This document shows, one piece after another, positions 50,301 through 59,778 of a DNA stretch of 64,000 bases. The notes beneath the pieces are model-generated. The model saw nothing but the letters and a program-made list of their open reading frames with translations. It did not search any database and was not told the origin of the DNA. The DNA is from an uncultured Chloroflexia bacterium (GTDB lineage Bacteria; Chloroflexota; Limnocylindria; Limnocylindrales; CSP1-4), in assembly GCA_963707215.1 (NCBI GenBank), contig CAVPPB010000003.1, positions 512,001 to 576,000 of the forward strand, in the 5' to 3' direction. Each line of letters opens with the position of its first letter. Position 1 is the stretch's first letter. The position numbers were made by a program, and so were the translations under genes.

Positions 50301-50341
50301 GGCGCGAGCCTCCGACCCCCCGTCGCTCCCTCGCTCGGCAC
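47324..50341 (-). CDS. MalT-like NTPase regulator with C-terminal wHTH + BTAD (SARP) domains (start approximate)
   Basis: APAGSGKTTLL, LLVVDDLH, RTEGWAAGL, YLA.NV, YRFHEIF; IRTLGGF, SLHVAVSSLR, LYQGELL. Confidence 0.88.
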   Translation of the reverse strand: MPSEGATGGRRLAPGGASRPLVAVVPAKVRPPSADGLRRERLHRRLEAIWGRRLGVIVAPAGSGKTTLLADFAAASAAPVAWYRAEPWDADETALVRHLEGALRAAMPDLASGWPRVEDAAAALDARGAGPALLVVDDLHALEGTDAEAVLARFIDYAPGWLAILVGSRVAPGFNVSRLRVADDLVEVGADDLRFRAWEVEQLFRDHYHDPVPPSDLAVLARRTEGWAAGLQLYHLATRGKSADERRRILSGVGPSGRLVREYLAANVMAELPEELRGFLVEACVLGRLTGSLCDRLLGRHGSSALLEELVRRQIFTVEIDDDEGGYRFHEIFRSYLDRRLVEALGEAAARDRYVRAGSLLEEAGAIAEALTSYCRAEDWDAVRRLAGGHGERLASGGSTALESVPASLLRDEPWLALAAARQARASGRWSAAIAGFARAEAAFGDAPTAAACRHERLVLAAWLDPLAVAPADRTRDLRVGLMREPLAVARVTARDDDPSARLVAGLLRLAAGEPVLARELLGAAAEDARASGPLPVAAALADGVAAVLSGDPTGSALIDAAAAAAERSGSPWLARLAVATGRLAAGSRARSVSPRSGGETAGPAMLIDEDPWGVALLELLEAWSPTTDGGTSGAGRRIDAASRAVAGFRRLGTGVLEAWARGLLALGQAEAGLDGAREAAFAAESFARTTGTPGVRAIAYRALAVTDPSRRIEFEELAEAVAHETGLVAPAAACPDQGDTVCSGNSPHRAIPAAERAGPPGHAEAIRIRTLGGFAIERDGRPVALDAVKPRARALLRLLAVQAGVPVHRDVILEALWHDVDPRTAAHSLHVAVSSLRAWFGELGDGEGTRSLIREGDAYRLALPIAVIDLVRFDDAMERGRAALAAGRDPREGFERAIQLYQGELLPEDGPADWVVERRERYRADVVEAARSLAEDALLRDEPADAIRTCRIGLQHDRYDDRLWRLLIQAREQAGDVGAARRDREEYLAILAALGVSDAVLGAS

Positions 50342-50596
50342 TGTCGGTCCCACTATGGTGACGAACCAGGACGGTAATCGTCCCACCGACGATCCGGCGC
50401 GTCCATCCGCCCGACCGTCTCGTGGGCCGAGTCTCCCTCGCGGTCCATCGGATCGCCAGTGCCGGGCGGCTGGGCTGACGTCCCCATCGACCCGAACGAC
50501 CCTTGCCGGGGGGTGGCAGACGGTGCCACCATGCCGCCATCCAGCGGCTGCCCAGCGGCCCACGGGGCCGCAGCCGCGTCACCAAGGAGGGATCCG

Positions 50597-51010
50597 TTGG
50601 CCAAGCCGTTCGGCGCCATCATCCTGGCCGCTTTCTCCTTCGTCCAGGGCCTCTACCAGGCCTACATCGCCGCGGTCTACATGGGCTGGGCGACCTTCGA
50701 GATCATCGGCGTGGACCTGAAGTTCACCGAGCCCCAGTGGGGCAAGGTCATCATGACCGTGGCCGTCGCCCTGATCTACTTCTGGGTCAGCTACGGCTTC
50801 TGGACCGTCCGTCTGTGGGCCTGGCTGTACGGGGTGATCATCTCCGGCTTCAACGTCTTCTGGCTCCTGCTCCTGGTGCTGGGTGACGTCACCCTGGAGG
50901 CGGTCATCGTGCCGGTCCTGATCTCGGGCGGCGTGCTCCTGTACCTGCTCTACCCGGGCACCCGTGACGCCTTCGCGGCCTCCGAGGTTGAGCGGGCCAC
51001 CGGGATCTGA
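50597..51010 (+). CDS. Small four-TM membrane protein
   Basis: AAGGAGG RBS before TTG 50597; four hydrophobic segments. Confidence 0.8.
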   Translation: MAKPFGAIILAAFSFVQGLYQAYIAAVYMGWATFEIIGVDLKFTEPQWGKVIMTVAVALIYFWVSYGFWTVRLWAWLYGVIISGFNVFWLLLLVLGDVTLEAVIVPVLISGGVLLYLLYPGTRDAFAASEVERATGI

Positions 51011-51127
51011 CCCCGGACACAGAGCCTGTCGGCCCGCCCATCGTCGAGCCAGGGCAGCTCTGGTCCCACCGCCGTCGCCCCGGGTCCATCGGGCCGCCCG
51101 TCCCGTGAGCCGGGCAGTGCCCCGGCG

Positions 51128-52540
51128 TCAGGCGGAGGCCGCGGGCGTCCCGACCGATGGCTCGGTCGTCCCCGCCGAAGGCTCGGTGGTCCCGGCCGTC
51201 TGCATCTCCTCGTCGGGCTCGGAGCCGGCCGTTGGCTCCTCGAGCGGCGGTACCAGCGGGGTCCCCGTGATCAGCCTCGTGCCTCGGCCGCTCGTGACGA
51301 AGCTCCAGGCCCAGCGGACGAGGACGATGATCCGGTTGGCGAAGCCGATCAGGTAGAAGATGTGGATGCCGAGCCACAGCGCCCAGGCGATGAAGCCGGA
51401 CCGGCGACCGAGCGGACCGAGCCACGAGATGTTCGTCACGCCCGACAGGCGCCCGATCACCGCCACGTCGCCCTTGTCGCTGTAGCGGAACGGCGGCGTC
51501 GGCCGCCCGTGGACGCGCCGCAGGATGGTCCGGGCGGCGTAGCGACCACCCTGGATGCCGCCCTGGGCCACTCCGGGGACCGGCCGATCCTCGTGCCAGG
51601 GCATCACCGCAGCGTCCCCAACGACGAACAGCTCCGAGAGGCCCGGGATCGTGAGGTCCGGCCCGACGATGACCCTGCCGGCCCGGTCGGTGGCGGCCCC
51701 GGTGGCGGCGGCGACCGTCCGGACGAAGCTCGAGGCCTGGACGCCGGCCGCCCAGAGGACCGTGCGGGCCGGCAGCCGCTCCTCGAGGTCACCGACCCGG
51801 ACCCCGACGCCGCGATCGTCGATCGAAGTGACCAGGGTCCCGGTCCGCACGACGACCCCGAGGCGCTCGAGCTGGCGGCGAGCCGATGCGGACCGGTCGG
51901 GCGGGTAGGTCTGCAGCACGCGGTCGACCGCCTCGATGAGGACGATCCTGGCATCGGGCGGGTTGATCGAGCGGAAGTCGCGGCGGAGCGTGTCGTTGGC
52001 GATCTCGCCCAGGGCGCCGGCCAGCTCGACCCCGGTGGGGCCGCCACCGACGACCACGAACGTCATCCACTCCTCGCGTCGTTCGGGGTCGCCCTCGCGC
52101 TCGGCCGCCTCGAAGGCGATGAGGATCCGGCGCCGGATCTCCGTGGCATCCTCGATGGACTTGAGGCCCGGCGCGACGGCTGCCCAGTCGTCCCGGCCGA
52201 AGTACGAGTGACGGGCCCCCGTCGCGACGACCAGCGTGTCGTACGGGACCGTCGCCCCGTCGCTGAGCCGGACCTCGCGAGCGTCGGGGTCCAGCCCGAC
52301 CGCCTCGCCGAGCAGGACCGTGACGTTGCGCTGGCGACGGAAGATCGAGCGCAGCGGCTGGGCGATGTCGCCCGGCGACACGGCCCCGGTGGCGACCTGG
52401 TACAGGATCGGCTGGAAGAGGTGGAAGTTGCGCCGATCGACGAGGCTGACCGCGACGGCCGGGTCGCGCAGGGTGCGGGCGGCGTAAAGGCCGGCGAAAC
52501 CGCCGCCGACGATGACCACCCGGTGGGGACGCTGGGTCAT
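51128..52540 (-). CDS. ndh: Type II NADH dehydrogenase-family flavoprotein
   Basis: VVIVGGGFAG, FQPILYQVATG, VVGGGPTGVELAG, WAAGV, YSDKG. Confidence 0.88.
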   Translation of the reverse strand: MTQRPHRVVIVGGGFAGLYAARTLRDPAVAVSLVDRRNFHLFQPILYQVATGAVSPGDIAQPLRSIFRRQRNVTVLLGEAVGLDPDAREVRLSDGATVPYDTLVVATGARHSYFGRDDWAAVAPGLKSIEDATEIRRRILIAFEAAEREGDPERREEWMTFVVVGGGPTGVELAGALGEIANDTLRRDFRSINPPDARIVLIEAVDRVLQTYPPDRSASARRQLERLGVVVRTGTLVTSIDDRGVGVRVGDLEERLPARTVLWAAGVQASSFVRTVAAATGAATDRAGRVIVGPDLTIPGLSELFVVGDAAVMPWHEDRPVPGVAQGGIQGGRYAARTILRRVHGRPTPPFRYSDKGDVAVIGRLSGVTNISWLGPLGRRSGFIAWALWLGIHIFYLIGFANRIIVLVRWAWSFVTSGRGTRLITGTPLVPPLEEPTAGSEPDEEMQTAGTTEPSAGTTEPSVGTPAASA

Positions 52541-52644
52541 GGCCCGATGATGGCATCCCGGCCGCCGACGGTCCACGGCGAGCAGGCTTCGAAGCGGTAG
52601 CCGCGGGGTTCGTCCGTCTGCCCGAGGCCGGCGCAGCCCGATGG

Positions 52645-55095
52645 TCAGCGCCCGGCAAGCTCCGTCAGGACCTCGTCCATCTGCTCGACGAGCAGGTCGG
52701 CGTGCTCGCGGCGGAAGACGAGCGGCGGCCGGATCTTGATGACGTTGCCATCGCGTCCGGTCGTCCCGACCAGCACCCCCCGATCCCGGAGCGCTTCGGC
52801 GACGTCGGTGGCGAGCCGCCCGGCCGGCTCCCGACTCGAGCGGTCCGCGACCAGCTCGACGCCGATGAGCAGCCCGGTCCCCCGCACGTCACCGACCGGC
52901 TCGTGGTGCCCGGCGAGCTCGCCGAGCCGTCCCAGGAGGTAGGTCCCGACCGCGGCGGCATTTGCCACCAATCCTTCGTCCTCGATCACGTCGAGCACCG
53001 CCAGGGCGGCCGCGCAGGCCACCGGGTTGCCGCCGAAGGTGCTGAACCACTCGGTCCGCTTGGCCAGGCGGTCGACGATCTCGCCCCGCGTGATGACCGC
53101 GGCCACGGGGAAGCCATTGCCCATCGGCTTCCCGGTCGTGACGATGTCAGGCACGGCGCCGGCCGCGGCGAAGGCCCAGAGGTGCGACCCCGTCCGGCCG
53201 TGCCCCGCCTGGACCTCGTCGGCAACGAACAGCCCACCGGCGACGTGGGTCCGCTCGACGAGTCCGCGGGCGTAGGCGGGAGGCGGCGCCAGGACCCCGT
53301 CGCTCGTCAGCCCACCGTCGAGATAGGCGGCTGCCAGCCGGTGTCCCCGCCCACCGAGTGTCTGCGCCACGTCGTCCAGCGTCGCGGCGTAGCGCTCGGC
53401 CCATCCCGGCTCCTCGCGCCGGTACGGGCCGCGGTAGCCATCGGGCGCGGGGATCGTCTCGATGTGGTCCGGCCGGGTGGCCTCGACCCATTCCTCGGGC
53501 GAGAGGTCGGCGGTCACGGTCGTCACGCCGTGGTAGGCATGCTCGGTCACGACGGCGCCCGACCCGTCGGTCGCCGCGACGGCCAGCCGCCAGGCCAGGT
53601 CGTTCGCCTCGCTGCCCGAGTTGACGAACAGGCAGGTGTCGAGCCCGGGCGGCATCGCCGCGACCAGGCGCTCGGCCAGCTCGACGATGGGCTCGTACAG
53701 GTAGCGGGCGTTCGTGTTGAGCCGGGCCGCTTGGCGAGCGATCGCCTCGACGACCTGGGGATGGCCGTGGCCGACGACCGGCACGTTGTTGTAGACGTCC
53801 AGGTACCGCCGGCCGTCGACGTCGAACAGCCAGACACCCTCACCGCGGTCGAGATGGAGCGGGGTCCGGTAGGTCAGGGGCGAGATCGCCGAGCCCAGCA
53901 CCGTCCGCCGGCGACGGACCAGGTCGGCGGTGGCCGCTCCCGAGGTACCGCGGTCGGTCGCCGACCCGACCGGCCGCCTCCCGAGCTCCATGGCACGCTC
54001 GAACGAGGCCCGGACGCCGCCCGGCCCGAGGGCGTCGAACCGCTCCAGGAGGGGCCAGCCCTCGTCGTCCGAGATCTGGATGTAGGCCGCGTTCTCCGGG
54101 TACATGCGGACTCGCCAGGTCGAGATCGCGACGAGCGCTGTCAGCCGGGTGGCGATGAGGTCCGGCAGCAGATCGAGCTCTTCCGGTTCGAGCCTGGTGA
54201 CCCCGTCGTAGCCTCGGACGATCGCCGCGGCGGCCTCGAACGGATCCCGGCGCCCGCCCATCTGCGATGCCGCGCTGACCGCCAGGTCGATCACCAGGGC
54301 GGTCTGGGCCATGTCCCCGAAGTCGAGGATGCCGACGACCCGCCGCCGTTCGTCGACCAGGACGTTGTCGCACGTCAGGTCGTTGTGGATGACCTGGGCA
54401 CGGAGGCCGGCGAGGGCCGCCTCCACGTGGTCGTCGAACCGGTCGACCACCCGCTCCACCATCGCCCGACGGGCCGGATCGTCGATCTCGGCCAGGAGCG
54501 GGCGGAGATCGCTGCCGTGGCGAACGTCCCAGAGCAGCGCGTTCGAGGCCGCCGGGTGGATCAGTCCGCGGAGCGCACGCCCGGTGCGGGCCACGATCGC
54601 GCCGAAGCCGGGCAGCGCGGTCAGGGGCAGGACACAGACGTGCGGCTGGCCACCCTCCAGGTAGCTCAGCAGGCGGACCGGGTGGGTGAGGCCGTCGGAC
54701 GTCGCCACGGGGACCCAGGACCGGCCATCCGCGGCCGCCATGACGCGGGGGATGGGGAGGCCCGGATCGACCCGGGCGATGTGCTCGAGCGCGGCGACCT
54801 GGAGGTCGATGAAGGCCTCGTCCTCGGCGCTGTTGGCGATCTTGAGGACGTAGGCGTTCCCGTCTGCGATCCGGATCCGGAAGTTGCGGTCGCGCTCGCT
54901 GTCGAGGAGCGCCATGTCCCCACGGATCCCGAACCAACGCTCGGCGATAGCGCCTGCCTCGGCGAGGTCGACGTCGGGCGGGGTCGCGGCGAGCGCCCGC
55001 AGCGACGGGCGCAGCGCGGCGGTCGGTCCATCGGCCTCGCTCCGGACCGTCCGCTCGGGCTGTGGCGCCTCGGCGCTGGTGCCGGACTCGCTCAC
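52645..55095 (-). CDS. APH-like kinase fused to class III aminotransferase (hydroxylysine kinase/phospholyase-like)
   Basis: SERDRNF, IHNDL..DNVL, ILDFGD; YLDVYNNV..VGH, NSGSEAND, ADEVQAG.GRTG, GKPMGNG, KIRPPL. Confidence 0.9.
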   Translation of the reverse strand: MSESGTSAEAPQPERTVRSEADGPTAALRPSLRALAATPPDVDLAEAGAIAERWFGIRGDMALLDSERDRNFRIRIADGNAYVLKIANSAEDEAFIDLQVAALEHIARVDPGLPIPRVMAAADGRSWVPVATSDGLTHPVRLLSYLEGGQPHVCVLPLTALPGFGAIVARTGRALRGLIHPAASNALLWDVRHGSDLRPLLAEIDDPARRAMVERVVDRFDDHVEAALAGLRAQVIHNDLTCDNVLVDERRRVVGILDFGDMAQTALVIDLAVSAASQMGGRRDPFEAAAAIVRGYDGVTRLEPEELDLLPDLIATRLTALVAISTWRVRMYPENAAYIQISDDEGWPLLERFDALGPGGVRASFERAMELGRRPVGSATDRGTSGAATADLVRRRRTVLGSAISPLTYRTPLHLDRGEGVWLFDVDGRRYLDVYNNVPVVGHGHPQVVEAIARQAARLNTNARYLYEPIVELAERLVAAMPPGLDTCLFVNSGSEANDLAWRLAVAATDGSGAVVTEHAYHGVTTVTADLSPEEWVEATRPDHIETIPAPDGYRGPYRREEPGWAERYAATLDDVAQTLGGRGHRLAAAYLDGGLTSDGVLAPPPAYARGLVERTHVAGGLFVADEVQAGHGRTGSHLWAFAAAGAVPDIVTTGKPMGNGFPVAAVITRGEIVDRLAKRTEWFSTFGGNPVACAAALAVLDVIEDEGLVANAAAVGTYLLGRLGELAGHHEPVGDVRGTGLLIGVELVADRSSREPAGRLATDVAEALRDRGVLVGTTGRDGNVIKIRPPLVFRREHADLLVEQMDEVLTELAGR

Positions 55096-55141
55096 GCCAT
55101 CCCTCCTGGCTGAGGCGGTCGTCGTGTCGCCCCGGACGATG

Positions 55142-55765
55142 CTAGCCCGTGACCGCCATCCGGGTCAGCCGGTCCAGGCGGTCGACGAAGATCAGCAGCC
55201 AGGCGCCGGCGATCCCGAACCCGGCAAGCTCCATCGGGGCATAGGCGACGAGATCCACGACGGCCGCCGCGTAGAGCAGCAGGATCGCGGCGATGGCCGC
55301 CAGGGACGCCCGGCCGAACCGGTCTCCCAGAGCGGGGACGGCCAGGCGGGCCGTCAGCATCATGACCAGGAGCGAGATCGGGATGGCATAGGCGGCGGTG
55401 CCGTGGGCGAGCTCGACGAGGGGAGCGACGCCGAGCGGGAAGACCGCGACGCCCGCGAACCCCAGGCCGATCGCCCAGAAGCCGACCCGGTCCAGGACGA
55501 CCCAGCGAGGCCCCATGAGGCCGGTCCGGCCCAGGGACCGCAGCACGGCCCCCATCGCCACCGCCAGCAGGCAGCCGATGATGCCGCAGGCCAGCATCGT
55601 CGCCCGGAACCAGGCGCCGGCGGCCGGATCGGCGCTCAGCTCGCTGACCGTGAGCTGGGTCCAGCCGCTCCCGGACGCCAGCAGCATCGCGCCGGCCGTC
55701 CCTACCCCGCCGACGAGGGCCAGGGCGATCGCGACCCCGGTGGGCCGGAGGATCGGGGCGGTCAT
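55142..55765 (-). CDS. DUF998-like membrane protein
   Basis: TVSELS, GVAVFP, conserved His, about six TM segments; ATGA overlap. Confidence 0.7.
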   Translation of the reverse strand: MTAPILRPTGVAIALALVGGVGTAGAMLLASGSGWTQLTVSELSADPAAGAWFRATMLACGIIGCLLAVAMGAVLRSLGRTGLMGPRWVVLDRVGFWAIGLGFAGVAVFPLGVAPLVELAHGTAAYAIPISLLVMMLTARLAVPALGDRFGRASLAAIAAILLLYAAAVVDLVAYAPMELAGFGIAGAWLLIFVDRLDRLTRMAVTG

Positions 55766-56430
55766 CCGCCGGTCGGCTGCTGGACCCCGGGCCCGGCCAG
55801 CGACCGGTCGAGGTGCCGAGCGAGCGCCAGGAGCCAGCCCCAGCAGATCGCGAAGGCCAGCATCTCCATCAGCGCGTAGGACATGATCCCGGTCACGGAG
55901 AGGACGAACATCCCGACGATCGCCGCGAGGATGACGACCGTCCGTCGCGAGAAGCGCGGGTAGGCTCGCACGGTCCCGGGGCCGATGGTGAGCATCATCG
56001 CCATCACGACCAGCGGGACCAGGAAGCCGGCCACGGTGTGGATGTTCGCGGCCCGCTGGCCCTCGTCGATGCTGAAGAGCCCGACAAGGGCGAAGGCGAG
56101 CGGGATCACGGCCAGCCCGGCGCGGGCCGCGATCGACCACCAGCGGACGGCGAGCCCGGCGGCCGTCGCGTCGCGCAGGAGCTCGTTCATGACGATGGCG
56201 ATCGGGACGAAGCCGATCCCCAGCAGCACCATCGTGACGTTGAAGGCGCGACCGCCGGCGATGTCCGTGCCCAGCGCGCTGGCGCTGACGTCCCACCACC
56301 AGAAGCTGGTAGCCATGGCCATGGCGACGGCCATCCCCAGGAGTCCGACGACCGCCTCGATGGCGAAGGCGTCGCGGATCAGGCGCCCGCGAGACCCGGC
56401 CGAGGGTCCCGCTGGGTCGGACCGGCTCAC
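55762..56430 (-). CDS. DUF998-like membrane protein (paralog)
   Basis: SASALG, FN, VGLF, NIHT..G, MEML; about six TM segments. Confidence 0.7.
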   Translation of the reverse strand: MSRSDPAGPSAGSRGRLIRDAFAIEAVVGLLGMAVAMAMATSFWWWDVSASALGTDIAGGRAFNVTMVLLGIGFVPIAIVMNELLRDATAAGLAVRWWSIAARAGLAVIPLAFALVGLFSIDEGQRAANIHTVAGFLVPLVVMAMMLTIGPGTVRAYPRFSRRTVVILAAIVGMFVLSVTGIMSYALMEMLAFAICWGWLLALARHLDRSLAGPGVQQPTGG

Positions 56431-56446
56431 GTCCGGCTCGGTCCGC

Positions 56447-59230
56447 CTACTTGTCCCGCTCGGCGGCGCCCGTCAGGACGGCCTGGGCCGCCGCAAGGCG
56501 GGCCACCGGGACGCGGAACGGGGAACAGGAGACGTAGTCGAGGCCCAGCCGCTCACACTTGGTGATCGACTCGGGATCGCCGCCGTGCTCCCCGCAGATG
56601 CCGAGCTCGATGGTCGGCTTGGTGGACCGCCCGCGCTCGACGGCGATGCCCATGAGGCCGGCGACCGCGTCGTCCAGGGTCTGGAACGGGTTGACCGGCA
56701 GGATCTGGTCCTCGACGTACTTGAGGAGGAATCCGCCCTCGGCGTCGTCACGGCTGTAGCCGAACGTCAGCTGGGTGAGATCGTTCGTCCCGAAGCTGAA
56801 GAAGTCGGCCTCGCGGGCGATCTCATCGGCGGTCAGCGCCCCGCGCGGGATCTCGATCATCGTCCCGAACTTGTAGTCGACCTCGACGCCGGCGGCAGCC
56901 TCGACCGCCTTGGCCTCGGCCTCCAGGAGGGCACGGGTCGCAGCGAGCTCGTTCACGTGGCCGACGAGCGGGATCATGATCTTGGCGATCGGGTGCCCAC
57001 CGGCCCGCTTGACGGCGATCTGGGCGTTCAGGATCGCCCGGGTCTGGATCTTCACGAAGTCGGGGATCATCAGGCCCAGGCGGCAGCCGCGCAGCCCCAG
57101 CATCGGGTTCTGCTCGTGCATCGACTGGATCGTGGCCAGCAGCTCGCGGTCCTCCTCGCTGGCGGCATCGCCCGCCTTCGTGACCTTGACCAGCTGCTCC
57201 TCCAGGTTCGGGAGGAACTCATGGAGCGGCGGGTCGATGAGCCGGATGACGACGGGGAGGCCGTCCATGGCCCGGAAGATGCCCTCGAAGTCGCCCTGCT
57301 GGAGCCGCTCGAGCTGGGCCATCGCGGCGTCGAAACGAGCGACGATCTCCTGCTCCTCGGCGTCGAGCGAGCCCCCGGACACGGCCCTGGCCTTGGCCCG
57401 GGTGGCGGCGTTGGCGACGAGGATCGCTCCGCGGACGATCTCGAGGCGCTCGCCCTCCCGGAACATGTGCTCGGTCCGGCAGAGCCCGATCCCCTCGGCG
57501 CCATAGGACCGGGCCTGGGCCGCTTCCTCGGGCTTGTCGGCGTTCGTCCAGACGCCCATCCGGCGGATGTCGTCGGCCATCCCGAGGACGCGCTGCAGGT
57601 CGGGCTGCTCCTCGAACCGTGCGGAGACGGTGGGCAAGGCTCCCACGAAGACTTCGCCGGTCGAACCGTCGAGGCTGATCCAGTCGCCCTCGGCGAAGCG
57701 CAGGCCTGACTCGCTGCTCCGGGCGGATCCCGAGGCGTAGTCGACGATCAGCTCGGCGCAGCCGGCCACGCAGGGCTTGCCGATCTGGCGAGCCACGACG
57801 GCGGCATGGGACGTCGCCCCGCCGCGGGCCGTCAGGATGCCCTGGGCGACCGCCATCCCGTGGAAGTCGTCGGGCGAGGTCTCGATCCGCACGAGGACCA
57901 CGCGCTCGCCCCGGTCGACCCACTCGACCGCGCTGTCGGCGGAGAAGACGGCCCGGCCCACGGCCGCGCCAGGCGAGGCGTTGAGGCCCTTGGCGATCCG
58001 TTCCGCGCTGGCACGCGCCTCCGGGTCGAACTGGTCGCGGAGGAGCTGGTCCACCTGGGCCGGCTCGATCCGGGCGACCGCCTCCTCGGGGGAGATGATC
58101 CCCTCGTCCACCATGTCCGAGGCGATCTTCACGGCGGCAGCTGCGGTCCGCTTGGCCGAGCGCGTCTGGAGCATGTAGAGCTTGCCCCGCTCGATCGTGA
58201 ACTCGAGGTCCTGGACGTCGCGGTAGTGGTGCTCGAGACGATCGGCGATGGCCTGGAACTCGGCGTAGACGGCCGGCATCGCCACTTCGAGATGGGCGAT
58301 CTTCTCGGGCGTCCGGATGCCGGCGACCACGTCCTCGCCCTGCGCGTTGGTCAGGTACTCGCCGTAGAGGACCTTCTCGCCGGTGTTGGGGTCGCGGGTG
58401 AAGGCGACGCCCGTGCCGGAGTCATCGCCCATGTTGCCGAAGACCATCGTCACGACGTTGACCGCCGTGCCGAGGTCGTGGGCGATCTTGTTGTAGTCGC
58501 GGTAGTCGCGGGCCCGCTTGCCGAACCAGCTGGCGAAGACCGCCTTGATGGCCAGATCGAGCTGCTCTGCCGGGTCCTCGGGGAACTCGCGGCCTGTGTC
58601 CTCGCGAACGATCCGCCGGTACTCGCCGGCGACCTCGGCCAGGGCCGTCGCGTCGAGCTCGGTGTCGGCATGGACGCCGCGGGCGTGCTTGGCCGCATCG
58701 AAGGCACGGTCGAAGCGCTCCGCGTCGACGCCCATGACGATCCGGCCGAACATCTGGATGAAGCGACGGTAGGCATCCCAGCCGAAGCGGCTGTTGCCGG
58801 TCAGGCGGATCAGGCCCTCGAGCGTCCGTTCGTTGAGGCCCAGGTTGAGGACGGTGTCCATCATCCCGGGCATCGAGAACTTGGCCCCGGAACGGACCGA
58901 CACCAGCAGCGGGTTCTCCGGGTCCCCGAAGCCCTTGCCGGTCTGGACCTCGACGACCCGGACGGCCGCGAGGACGTCCTGCCAGAGGCCCTCCGGCAAC
59001 TGCTCACCGGCGGCGAAGTAGTCGTTGCAGGCCTCGGTCGTGATCGTGAAGCCCGGTGGCACCGGCAGCCCGGCGTTCGTCATCTCGGCCAGCCCGGCCC
59101 CCTTCCCGCCGAGCAGGTCGCGCATCGTCGCGTCGCCATCGGCGCGGCCGTCACCCCAGGCGTAGGTGTAGCGCTTCGACGCGAGATGGGTGGAGCCGGA
59201 CGTGGTCGCGGGGCCGCTGGTATCGGTCAT
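56447..59230 (-). CDS. ppdK: Pyruvate, phosphate dikinase
   Basis: LLGGKGAGL, SVRSGA..SMPGMMDT, phospho-His GGATSHAAVVAR, CRTEHMF, SFGTNDLTQ, GICGEHGG. Confidence 0.97.
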   Translation of the reverse strand: MTDTSGPATTSGSTHLASKRYTYAWGDGRADGDATMRDLLGGKGAGLAEMTNAGLPVPPGFTITTEACNDYFAAGEQLPEGLWQDVLAAVRVVEVQTGKGFGDPENPLLVSVRSGAKFSMPGMMDTVLNLGLNERTLEGLIRLTGNSRFGWDAYRRFIQMFGRIVMGVDAERFDRAFDAAKHARGVHADTELDATALAEVAGEYRRIVREDTGREFPEDPAEQLDLAIKAVFASWFGKRARDYRDYNKIAHDLGTAVNVVTMVFGNMGDDSGTGVAFTRDPNTGEKVLYGEYLTNAQGEDVVAGIRTPEKIAHLEVAMPAVYAEFQAIADRLEHHYRDVQDLEFTIERGKLYMLQTRSAKRTAAAAVKIASDMVDEGIISPEEAVARIEPAQVDQLLRDQFDPEARASAERIAKGLNASPGAAVGRAVFSADSAVEWVDRGERVVLVRIETSPDDFHGMAVAQGILTARGGATSHAAVVARQIGKPCVAGCAELIVDYASGSARSSESGLRFAEGDWISLDGSTGEVFVGALPTVSARFEEQPDLQRVLGMADDIRRMGVWTNADKPEEAAQARSYGAEGIGLCRTEHMFREGERLEIVRGAILVANAATRAKARAVSGGSLDAEEQEIVARFDAAMAQLERLQQGDFEGIFRAMDGLPVVIRLIDPPLHEFLPNLEEQLVKVTKAGDAASEEDRELLATIQSMHEQNPMLGLRGCRLGLMIPDFVKIQTRAILNAQIAVKRAGGHPIAKIMIPLVGHVNELAATRALLEAEAKAVEAAAGVEVDYKFGTMIEIPRGALTADEIAREADFFSFGTNDLTQLTFGYSRDDAEGGFLLKYVEDQILPVNPFQTLDDAVAGLMGIAVERGRSTKPTIELGICGEHGGDPESITKCERLGLDYVSCSPFRVPVARLAAAQAVLTGAAERDK

Positions 59231-59306
59231 CTGGGGGTCGGTCCTCCGGGGCGTGACGCGCGGTCGGCAGGCCCCGACCGCGGGGATGCACGAGGGGTGC
59301 CGGCTG

Positions 59307-59312
59307 ATTGTA
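59307..59312 (-). promoter_or_regulatory. Putative -10 element (TACAAT) of ppdK
   Basis: Near-consensus hexamer about 77 nt upstream of the ATG in a GC-rich background. Confidence 0.5.
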
Positions 59313-59458
59313 GGCGAGGTCACCCGACGACGACTCGCGTGGGCGGCTCGCGTGGGCGGCTCGCGGCGTGCAGCCGCTCGACCGGGTCCGGCAGCGCCCT
59401 GGGTCGCGGACGACGACCGCGGGCATCGGGGCGCCCGCTGCGTCGCTAGACTGCGGCA

Positions 59459-59650
59459 ATGGATACACCGACGCTCATCGGCACCGGGTTCGTCGTCCTC
59501 GGCCTGGTCGTCTGGCTCGTCTGCGCCTACCTCGCCTACCGTTCCGCGCCGCGGTACCACCGCCGGCCGTGGGTCTGGGGCGTGCTGGGGGTCATCTTCG
59601 GCCCGTTCGCCCTGTTCGCCCTCACGCTGCTCCCCAAGCGCCAGGGCTAG
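59459..59650 (+). CDS. Small two-TM membrane protein, probably leaderless
   Basis: 63 aa; RRPWVWGVLGVIFGPFA; TAGACT 6 nt before the ATG. Confidence 0.8.
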   Translation: MDTPTLIGTGFVVLGLVVWLVCAYLAYRSAPRYHRRPWVWGVLGVIFGPFALFALTLLPKRQG

Positions 59651-59778
59651 CCTCGGACGACGACGGCGCCGAGGAGCTCGGTCCGTCGGTCGTACACTGG
59701 GAGCCGGCGCTCCCGGCTGCCGCGTGCCGGGTCCGTGCGCCGACAACGAAGCCACCTGCGACCCTGCGAGGCCAGCCC

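Larger units (their letters stand above)
21121..50341. other. Contractile injection system locus with accessory envelope operon and regulators (boundaries inferred)
   Basis: Complete sheath-tube-spike-baseplate set plus ATPase, DUF4255, DUF4157; no capsid, terminase or TssJLM/ClpV genes. Confidence 0.85.
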
